A DNA stretch of 64,000 nt, taken from assembly GCA_965203485.1 (NCBI GenBank), contig OZ241892.1, positions 3,493,017 through 3,557,016 on the forward strand, in the 5' to 3' direction. The notes below the pieces were generated by a model. It was not told the origin of the DNA. It saw nothing but the letters and a program-made list of their open reading frames with translations, and did no database searches. Positions within the stretch are counted from its first letter, which is position 1; each line of letters begins with the position of its first letter. Below, one piece after another: positions 56,941 through 64,000 of this stretch. A program made the translations under genes and the position numbers. This DNA comes from Longimicrobiales bacterium (GTDB lineage: Bacteria > Gemmatimonadota > Gemmatimonadetes > Longimicrobiales > Gaopeijiaceae).

Positions 56941-58325
56941 GGGATCGCGCGGCTCCGCCGCCGCCGAGTTCCGTTCGGCCGTTTCGCTTTCCGGACGCGG
57001 CGGAGGGCCGGCTCTCCAACGGCTTGACGGTGCGCGTGCTCCCTCGGTCCGGCCTTCCGCTCGCCACGGCCTTGGTGGCGCTGAAGGCTGGCGAGGCCAG
57101 CGCGCCCGCGAGAAGCGCCGGTCTTCCGTCGTTGTGCGCCGAGGCGCTGGAAGGCGGCACCGCGTCGTTGTCGGCTTCAGAGCTCGCGCTTGGCTTCGAG
57201 AGCATCGGGGCCGGGTTCGCCGCGGCGACGTCTTGGGACGCCACGACGGCGACGGCGACATGCCTGGCCGAGAAGCTCCCGCTCGCCATGGCCTTGCTGG
57301 CGGAGGCCGTCCGCGCCCCGGCCTTTCCCGAGGTCGAGTGGGACCGGGTCAAGGCGCGCCGCCTGGCCGCCGTTCGGCAACGCGCGATGAGCCCCGCCGC
57401 CCTTGCGGCCGACGAACACGCCCGCTTGGTGTTCGGCAGCGGCGCCGTCTACGGTCGGCCTCGGGACGGAACCGAGGCGAGCTTGGCCGGGACCGGGGCG
57501 GCCCGCGGGCGCTCGTTCGTCGAGGACTGCTACGGGCCGGACCAGGCGGCGCTCGTCGTGGCGGGCGACGTGGGCGTCGACGAGACGATGGCCCTCGCCG
57601 AGCGTTGCTGGGGCGACTGGCCCTCGGCGCGAGCCCCGGCGGCGGAGCCCTTCGGCGGGTCGGCTCCGGGGGGACGCCGAATCGTCGTCTTCCATCGCCC
57701 GGGCGCGGTGCAGTCCGAAATTCGCACCGGACACGTGGGCGTGTCCAGGTCCGCTCCCGGGTACGCCGCGTTGCAAGTGCTCAATCTGATCTTGGGCGGG
57801 TCGTTCTCGTCGCGACTCAACCTGAACCTGCGCGAGCGCCGCGGCCTCACCTACGGAGTGCGGTCCGGCTTCGCCGCGCGCCGAGCTCCAGGCCCGTTCC
57901 ACGTGTCCACAGCGGTCTCGACCGCGTCCACCGGCGCCGCCCTCGCCGAGATCGTCCGCGAGATCGAAGAAATCGCCGCCACCGGACCCGAGCCGGACGA
58001 AGTCGAATCCGCCGTCGGCTATCTGGCCGGGGTTTTTCCCACGCGGTTCCAGAGCTTGGGCCAGGTGGCCGCGGGCGTCGCGCGGCTCTTCGTATACGAT
58101 CTGCCGACCGACTACTACCGCACGTACCGCGGCCGGATCCGCTCGGTCGCGCTGGCGGACGTGGCCGAGGCGGCGCGTGGGCGCCTGCGCCCCGGCGACC
58201 TGCGCACGGTCGTGGTCGGCGACGCGGAGGTCGTCGTCCCCGCGCTGGAGGCGACGGGCGCGGGGCCGGTCGCGGTAGAACAGGAATCGGCCGAGCGGCA
58301 GACCGCCGACCGAACGGGCCCTTGA
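56937..58325 (+). CDS. M16 family peptidase, non-catalytic partner
   Basis: ATGA overlap; LSNGL, ILGGSFSSRL..NLRE..G.TY; no HxxEH. Confidence 0.88.
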   Translation: MRDRAAPPPPSSVRPFRFPDAAEGRLSNGLTVRVLPRSGLPLATALVALKAGEASAPARSAGLPSLCAEALEGGTASLSASELALGFESIGAGFAAATSWDATTATATCLAEKLPLAMALLAEAVRAPAFPEVEWDRVKARRLAAVRQRAMSPAALAADEHARLVFGSGAVYGRPRDGTEASLAGTGAARGRSFVEDCYGPDQAALVVAGDVGVDETMALAERCWGDWPSARAPAAEPFGGSAPGGRRIVVFHRPGAVQSEIRTGHVGVSRSAPGYAALQVLNLILGGSFSSRLNLNLRERRGLTYGVRSGFAARRAPGPFHVSTAVSTASTGAALAEIVREIEEIAATGPEPDEVESAVGYLAGVFPTRFQSLGQVAAGVARLFVYDLPTDYYRTYRGRIRSVALADVAEAARGRLRPGDLRTVVVGDAEVVVPALEATGAGPVAVEQESAERQTADRTGP

Positions 58326-59098
58326 CGCGCCCGACTGCGGTGAACTTGCCTGCCCCGACTTCGCCCCGGACCAACCGCCCCGAGTCGGCGCCGGTGAGCC
58401 ACAGGCCACATGCGGCATCCGGCGCCGGGTCCGGACCCGGCCGAGGTGGTGAGGGGTCGCGGTCGCGGGCGGACGGGCGCGAAGCGGGCGCACAGGCTCC
58501 TCCCGCGTTGCCCGACGAGGTCGAGGCCGGCACGACGCTGGCGTCGGAAATCGTGCACGACGGTCGCGTCGTGCGGCTGAGCCTGGACACGGTCCGCCTG
58601 CCCGGAGGCGCGGTGTGCACCCTCGAGACGATCCGCCATGCGGGCGCGGCAGCCGTTCTCCCGCTGGCGGGCGAAGCCTCCGCGCCGGATCCCGTCGTTG
58701 TTCTTCTGCGGCAGTACCGGCACGCCGCCGGTGGTTTCCTCTACGAGATCCCGGCGGGCGTCCGCGAGCCCGGCGAGACCTTCGAGGCGTGCGCGCGCCG
58801 CGAGCTGGAAGAGGAGACGGGAATGCGCGCCGACTCCCTCCGCTTCCTCACGACGATCCTCACCACTCCGGGGTTCACGGACGAACGGATCGGCCTCTTC
58901 GTCGCGTCCGGCCTGCGTCCCGGACGCGCCTGCCCAGACCCCGACGAGGTCGCGCGGGTGGAGCGCCTGCCTCTCTCTCGCGCGCTTGAGCTTGCCCGGA
59001 CCGGAGTCGTGTCCGACGCGAAGACCTTGGTGGCGCTCATGCACTTCGCGGGCTTCCTTCAGCCCCATGGACCGACCGAGAGCCGCATCGGCAGTTGA
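58322..59098 (+). CDS. Nudix hydrolase (ADP-ribose pyrophosphatase-like)
   Basis: RQYRH, EIPAG.REPGE....ARRELEEETG (Nudix box), TPGFTDE, DAKT; start uncertain. Confidence 0.85.
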   Translation: MTRPTAVNLPAPTSPRTNRPESAPVSHRPHAASGAGSGPGRGGEGSRSRADGREAGAQAPPALPDEVEAGTTLASEIVHDGRVVRLSLDTVRLPGGAVCTLETIRHAGAAAVLPLAGEASAPDPVVVLLRQYRHAAGGFLYEIPAGVREPGETFEACARRELEEETGMRADSLRFLTTILTTPGFTDERIGLFVASGLRPGRACPDPDEVARVERLPLSRALELARTGVVSDAKTLVALMHFAGFLQPHGPTESRIGS

Positions 59099-59212
59099 TG
59101 CGGCCCTGCCGGCCTCTCTTGCCCATTCTCGCGTGTCCCGCTTCTGCGACAAGTGTCTCGCCACGACGACGCTTTCGGACCAACATCGCCCAGTTTTCTT
59201 GACGAAACGGCC

Positions 59213-59228
59213 TGGCACGGTTCATGCA
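59213..59228 (+). promoter_or_regulatory. Sigma54 (-24/-12) promoter upstream of the ECF sigma gene
   Basis: TGGCACGGTTCATGCA: GG-N10-GC spacing exact. Confidence 0.65.
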
Positions 59229-59290
59229 TGGGCATACGGGCACGCCGTCCCGGCGCGGGGCGGCGCGTTCCCACAACAGGACGGAAAGAC

Positions 59291-59935
59291 ATGCCCAGCA
59301 CCGCAGTGCTTCAAGTCGCGAACGGAGGCGCCGCGCCGGTCGTCGTCCCGCTTCGGCCGTTGCGCGAAGAGGGCGACGCAGGCTTGGTGAGGCGCTTCCT
59401 CGGCGGAGAAGAGCCGGCCTTCGCCGAGCTCCACCGCCGGTACAGCGCGAACCTCCTCAACTACATGTACCGGATGATCGGCGACCGGGAGGAGGCCGAA
59501 GACCTCGTCCAGGAGGCATTCGTCCGCGTCTTCCGCAACCTCGACCGCTTCGACCAGCGCCGAAGCTTCTCTGCCTGGCTTCACGCGATTGCCCGCAACG
59601 TGGCCAAGAACGAGTTGCGACGGCATGGGAGGCGACGCGAGGTCGCCGCGAGCGTCGCGGCCGGCGAAGACGGAGACGATCCCGTGCTCTCGCTGGCGGA
59701 CGATGCGGACGGACCGGACGAACTCCAACGGCGCCGTGCGCTGAAGGAAACGGTCCACAAGGCGATTCGGCAGATGGACGCGCACTACCGCAGCCCCTTC
59801 GTCCTCCGCGAACTCCACGACAAGACCTACGAGCAGATCGCGGAGATCGAGGGCATCCCGCTGGGGACGGTCAAGAGCCGCCTGAAGCGGGCGCGCGAGC
59901 AGTTCGCGACGATCGTCGCGCCGATGCTCGACTGA
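59291..59935 (+). CDS. ECF RNA polymerase sigma factor
   Basis: AEDLVQEAFVR, FSAWLHAIARN, YEQIAEI.GIPLGTVKSRL.RAR. Confidence 0.92.
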   Translation: MPSTAVLQVANGGAAPVVVPLRPLREEGDAGLVRRFLGGEEPAFAELHRRYSANLLNYMYRMIGDREEAEDLVQEAFVRVFRNLDRFDQRRSFSAWLHAIARNVAKNELRRHGRRREVAASVAAGEDGDDPVLSLADDADGPDELQRRRALKETVHKAIRQMDAHYRSPFVLRELHDKTYEQIAEIEGIPLGTVKSRLKRAREQFATIVAPMLD

Positions 59936-60069
59936 TTGAATCTGCCCACGGCCGACGTCGGCTAGCCCGCGGCACCCACGGCGCGGTTCGCCGCCACCTG
60001 CGATGCGGAGCCGCCCGCAAGGTGCGCTGAGCTAGCTCGTCCCGCGGCCGGGGGCTTTCGCGACGTCCT

Positions 60070-60096
60070 GGAACCTCTTGCCTTCTTGCCTGTATA
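60070..60096 (+). promoter_or_regulatory. Putative ECF-type promoter 1
   Basis: GGAACC-N16-GTATA. Confidence 0.5.
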
Positions 60097-60229
60097 CAGA
60101 CTTGAATACGTCATTTGCGTCGCGGCGATGGCCCGCTTGGCTCCGTGCAGGCGACGCGACTCCAGGTGCCCACCCCCGTACCGCCAACCGCCGGAGGGGC
60201 GCCGCGGCCGCCCTAGGTCGAGAGCGCCT

Positions 60230-60257
60230 GGAACTTTCGGGCGGCGAGCGGTGTAGG
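60230..60257 (+). promoter_or_regulatory. Putative ECF-type promoter 2
   Basis: GGAACT-N17-GTAGG, preceded by the same CCT as promoter 1. Confidence 0.45.
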
Positions 60258-60339
60258 AAGATCAGGGGGGAGCGCGGCCGAGCGGTCAGGCCGCCATGCT
60301 ACTCAATCAACGAACCGCGCATCCAAAGGAGACGCGACG

Positions 60340-60663
60340 GTGATCGACTGCGGTGTTTTTCTCGACCGGCACTCCGACTACCGGGACGGACGGCTCGACA
60401 CGGCGGCCCACGTTGCGATGAAGCAGCACATGGCGGAGTGCGACGACTGTCGGCGCCACGACGAAGCGATCCGCCGCGGCGTCGACATCCTGCGACGCGC
60501 CCAGATCGATCCGCCAGACCAGCCGCTCGACATGGACGCGTTGCGGAAGCGGGCCCTCAAGTCCCGCCCCCGAGACGACGACGGACCGGGGTTCCCGGGT
60601 GGGGACTTGGTCGCCGCGTTGCTGGTTGCGGCCCCGATCGCGCCCGTCTGGATGCCCGGCTAG
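60340..60663 (+). CDS. Zinc-binding (zf-HC2/ZAS) anti-sigma factor
   Basis: C...HMAECDDC (Hx3Cx2C), C-terminal hydrophobic segment; AAGGAG RBS. Confidence 0.8.
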   Translation: MIDCGVFLDRHSDYRDGRLDTAAHVAMKQHMAECDDCRRHDEAIRRGVDILRRAQIDPPDQPLDMDALRKRALKSRPRDDDGPGFPGGDLVAALLVAAPIAPVWMPG

Positions 60664-60813
60664 CTGGCAAGCCGCCGCTCGGCGCGCCCACGCCGCGCGT
60701 CGGCGTGGCGGACAGCCGGAGCCCCGGACGTAGCCTCCAGCGTACGGTTGCCCCGGCGTCGTCCCATTGTACCCGGCCGTCGGCGCCAATCGTCCGCGTG
60801 CTGGGGCCCCGAC

Positions 60814-61569
60814 CTACCGGCCCGGTTCTTCTTCGATCCATGCGGAAATCAGGCCCGCCAGCGACCCGATCAGGCCGAGCGACAGCGTGACCAGCCACAG
60901 AGCCACGAGTCGCCCGCCCACCGTTACCGGGTAGTGATTGCCGAAGCCCGCCGACTCCGCGCCGATCAGCGTCGAGACCGTCCAAAGAAACGCCGCTTCG
61001 GCAGTGCGGATGTTCGCGTCCGCGTTGGCGCTTTCCATCCCGAGGACGAGAAAGCTGCCGGCCACGACCGACACGACGATCAGCGCGAACACAATGGCCA
61101 CGAGGGCCCGCGTTCGATCTACGCCGAACAACGCGACCGCCCCGCGCACGCTTCGGGTGGTGGAGCGCATGACGCGGACGATCATGATTGGGCGCAACGC
61201 CCGCAGAGCGCGGAGCGGCTCGATCTCGGGCACCGACGCCACCATGTCGGCCCAGCCCCACTTCCACCATCGCAAGCGGTTCGGCGCCTTCCAGAGGTCC
61301 CACGCCGCCTTGAGGAAGAAGAGAAGGCAGACGACGCGGTCGGCGATGACCGCAAGGCTGTCGAACTCTTGATCGAGGTCGAACCCCAGGCGGACGCCGA
61401 ACAGGACGACGGAGCCAAGCCCCAAGAGAGCGTACAGCCCCTCCAGGACGACCTGCGCGCCGGTCGTCTGCCTGCCCGCGGTCCGAGCGACCGCTTCGCC
61501 GCCTCCGTGTCCGCCGTGTCCGCCTTTGCCCGAATCGGACGGAGAGGCGCTTACTCCGGCTGGGCCCAT
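60814..61569 (-). CDS. Voltage-gated ion channel-like protein with atypical filter
   Basis: Several TM segments, S4-like LRALRALRPIMIVRVMR, pore region FLWTVSTLIGAESAGFGNHYPVTVGGR; start uncertain. Confidence 0.75.
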   Translation of the reverse strand: MGPAGVSASPSDSGKGGHGGHGGGEAVARTAGRQTTGAQVVLEGLYALLGLGSVVLFGVRLGFDLDQEFDSLAVIADRVVCLLFFLKAAWDLWKAPNRLRWWKWGWADMVASVPEIEPLRALRALRPIMIVRVMRSTTRSVRGAVALFGVDRTRALVAIVFALIVVSVVAGSFLVLGMESANADANIRTAEAAFLWTVSTLIGAESAGFGNHYPVTVGGRLVALWLVTLSLGLIGSLAGLISAWIEEEPGR

Positions 61570-62756
61570 GCCAGGAAGTCGGCGACCGACACGACCGGCT
61601 TGCTCCAGCGACGGGCCGCGCGCGCCTTGGCGGACTGGCTTGCCGTGTCCGCGGCGACCAGCACGTCGTAGCCGTTCTTGGTGGGTCGCGCGACGGGAAC
61701 GAGACCGGCGGCCCGCGCGATCGCTTCCAGGTCGGCCCGCTCCCAGTTCCGGCCGTGCACGAACGCTTCGCCCGTGAAGCACACTCTGTCGCCTTGGTTG
61801 ATCTCCCCATCGCCCGCCGTGGGCGTGGGCGCCGGTATCTCGACGTCCGCCAGCTCCAACTCGGCGGCGATGCGCGCGATGACGTCGTGCTCGGCAGGGC
61901 TGACCACGCCGTCGCGCTTGGCCGCCGCGACGATGCAGTCGAAGTAGTCCCTGTGCGCCTTCATCCGCTCCTCGGCGGAGATGCCCCAGTCGCGGGCCAG
62001 GGCCTCGATTTCGGTGCGCTCGGCGTGGTCGATGACGCCGTCGTCGAGCACCCAGTCGAGCGCGTCCAAGTACGCGCAGACCAGCTCGTCGCTGTGCGGG
62101 TAGTGAGAGCGCGACACGACTCTGTGCATCGGGCTCGTGCCGGAGTCGACGAGGCCGCGGCGCACTGTTCGCTGGCTGGGCGCCTGGGCCACGTACCCGA
62201 CGCTGACTGGATCGGAGCTCAAGCTCCCTCTGTCGCGCCAAAGCAACTTCGCAAGCTCCGCCGTCGCGCGGGCGTCGGCCAGGGCGCGGTGGGCGGACGA
62301 CAAACGAATGTCTCGTTTCTCGCAGGCGATCTTGAGTCTCTGGCGCGTCTCGCGGAGCGTGCACAGCCCGCTTCCCATGTCGATCCTCACGTCGGCCCGG
62401 TTGAACTCGTAGCGCAGCATCCTCGAATCGAACGGCAAGTTGTGGGCCACCAGCACGGCTCCGTTGAGACGACGGGCCACGTCGCCGACCACCTCCTCGA
62501 AGACCGGGGCCACTTCTACCATCGAAGCGTTGATCCCGTGCACGCCCGTGGCGCCCACGTCCCTTTCTGGGTTCAGGAGCGTGTCGTACTCGTCCACCGT
62601 CTCCCAAGACGCCGGGTCCATGGCGACGATTGCGATTTCGACGATCTTGTCGTTCTTGCCGAATCCGGTCGTCTCTACGTCGACGACGGCGACGACTTGC
62701 GAGCCGCCGCCGGATGCGGGCGCGCGCACCTTGGGCGAGGCCCCGTTCATGGGCAC
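61551..62756 (-). CDS. DEDDh 3'-5' exonuclease (DnaQ-like) with TerB-like and BRCT domains
   Basis: VDVETTG, VAHNLPFD, HRALADA; DGVI..E / DGVVS..E; VCFTG ... SAKARAARRW.KPVV. Confidence 0.85.
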   Translation of the reverse strand: MPMNGASPKVRAPASGGGSQVVAVVDVETTGFGKNDKIVEIAIVAMDPASWETVDEYDTLLNPERDVGATGVHGINASMVEVAPVFEEVVGDVARRLNGAVLVAHNLPFDSRMLRYEFNRADVRIDMGSGLCTLRETRQRLKIACEKRDIRLSSAHRALADARATAELAKLLWRDRGSLSSDPVSVGYVAQAPSQRTVRRGLVDSGTSPMHRVVSRSHYPHSDELVCAYLDALDWVLDDGVIDHAERTEIEALARDWGISAEERMKAHRDYFDCIVAAAKRDGVVSPAEHDVIARIAAELELADVEIPAPTPTAGDGEINQGDRVCFTGEAFVHGRNWERADLEAIARAAGLVPVARPTKNGYDVLVAADTASQSAKARAARRWSKPVVSVADFLAWAQPE

Positions 62757-64000
62757 GGCCAGGCCCGCCAGCCGCGCTCGCAGGCCAGGGCGAAGAGGGC
62801 GGCCGGATCGCGTTCCGCCACTGGTCCCTTCGTGCCTCGCAGGACGATCGGGAGTTCGCGCAGCTCAGGACTGCCTCGAGCGAAGGGCCCCGTGCTCATC
62901 CGGCCCAGCGCCGCCAAGTTGTCGCAACCGAGCGCGAAGCCCAGGCCGCAGGCGCGTCCGAACTCCTCGGCGGCGCCCCGGTAGTTGGCGTCGGCGTCGG
63001 CCAGGAACGCGCCGAACTCGTTGCAGCCCCAGCCGGAACCCTGGTCGCAAAAGCTCTGTTGCAGGACCCCCGTGTAGTTGCACGCGCGCGCGCTGCCCCG
63101 GTCGCAGGCGTCTCGCCAGAACGGATAGTACTGTCCGGGATGGTGATCGCCCACGACGGCGCCCAAGCTCATCGCGGCGAAGACGGCGGCCCACGCGCCC
63201 GTCAGCCCAAGCCGCGTGCGCAACGAGGGCATCGCCTGCATTCCCGCCCACGCGGCGCCCAGCTTCTCGGCCAGCGCGCCACCGACTCGGTCCAGGCGGC
63301 CCGACGCCAGGTTGAGCAGCGGCACCGGCAGAATCTTGTCGAAGAATACGGGTGCGCCGATCGCCTCCAGCAGATACACGCTGACGATCACTCCCGAGCC
63401 GTAGAGGACGCCGAACAACACGCGCCCAGCGTGGGAGCGAGGCGAAGTGGCCGGGTCGGTGAAGAGAAGGTGGAGCCCCAGGAAGACGGCGATGGGCACG
63501 TACGCGTCGTAGAAGAAATACTCGCCGGTCACTGCGAAGTACGCGGCTCCGTACCCGAAGATGACGAGCACCGCGGGCATCGTCATCGCGGCGACGCCGA
63601 ACAGCAGTTGGCCCGGCAACGCAACCAGGAAGATCACCAAGAAGATGTGCGGCGGAACGAACTGGCTCCGGGCGATCTCCTCGCCCTGAGTGATGCCTGT
63701 CTGGCCAGTGACGATCAGCGCGACCGCCGCGATGGCCAGGGCGAACGCCGACGGATTGAAGATGTGCCGCGATATCCCGGCGACGTTCCGGCGAATGAAC
63801 TCCTTGCCGACGTAAACCAGCAGCACCATCGCCATCTGGAAGAAGAACCACTGAAAGTGAAACCACAGGAACAAGTTGAGGCTCAAGACGACCGGAACCG
63901 GCCCAAAGCCCAGCGCGTAGCGGCCCCGGCGCGTCAGAGCGAAGAGCGCTTCCAGCGCGAACGCCAGCAGCAACTGCGCTGCGATGAACGGAACAAATTC
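62747..64000 (-). CDS. RnfD/NqrB-like membrane protein with C-terminal Cys-containing Sel1-like repeats; 5' end outside the window
   Basis: HIFNPSAF, TDPATSP, ACDRGSARAC, CDQGSGWGC, ACERGWRAW. Confidence 0.6.
   Translation of the reverse strand, partial: EFVPFIAAQLLLAFALEALFALTRRGRYALGFGPVPVVLSLNLFLWFHFQWFFFQMAMVLLVYVGKEFIRRNVAGISRHIFNPSAFALAIAAVALIVTGQTGITQGEEIARSQFVPPHIFLVIFLVALPGQLLFGVAAMTMPAVLVIFGYGAAYFAVTGEYFFYDAYVPIAVFLGLHLLFTDPATSPRSHAGRVLFGVLYGSGVIVSVYLLEAIGAPVFFDKILPVPLLNLASGRLDRVGGALAEKLGAAWAGMQAMPSLRTRLGLTGAWAAVFAAMSLGAVVGDHHPGQYYPFWRDACDRGSARACNYTGVLQQSFCDQGSGWGCNEFGAFLADADANYRGAAEEFGRACGLGFALGCDNLAALGRMSTGPFARGSPELRELPIVLRGTKGPVAERDPAALFALACERGWRAWPCP

Overview
High-GC bacterial DNA. 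A Gemmatimonadota-like origin is only an inference from gene content. About 1.8-32.7 kb is a dense anti-phage/defence island with no integrase in view. It carries a complete class I DISARM system (drmD, drmMI, drmA, drmB, drmC) whose genes are separated by cargo: a low-GC TIR + P-loop NTPase gene split by a frameshift, an ABC/AAA ATPase + DUF4276-like pair, a rearranged zone (diverged duplications, an IS1634-like fragment, a beta-propeller fragment, an ATPase/PIN remnant) and an Rpn/YhgA-like gene with an internal Shine-Dalgarno start. Convergent with DISARM is a tightly coupled four-gene operon: a GHKL-type ATPase beginning with a ~27-nt poly-C tract, an unknown protein, a DUF6339-like protein and a C5-cytosine methyltransferase. 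It matches no system I recognise and is the best candidate for an undescribed, possibly phase-variable, system. An m4C-type methyltransferase + endonuclease pair closes the island. The remainder (32.7-64 kb) is mostly housekeeping: S9 peptidase, M20 amidohydrolase, phosphomannose isomerase, tRNA-Lys, MBL-rhodanese, aquaporin, RNase P RNA, tRNA-Arg, TerC, iodotyrosine deiodinase-like protein, GCS2-CBS + AstE pair, SRAP, aminotransferase, M16 pair, Nudix, ECF sigma/anti-sigma, a channel and an exonuclease. Two small lower-GC inserts sit among these: an ATPase + DUF3226-like pair and a HipA-like kinase + HipS/HIRAN-like pair. All family calls come from motif recognition by eye, not from database searches.
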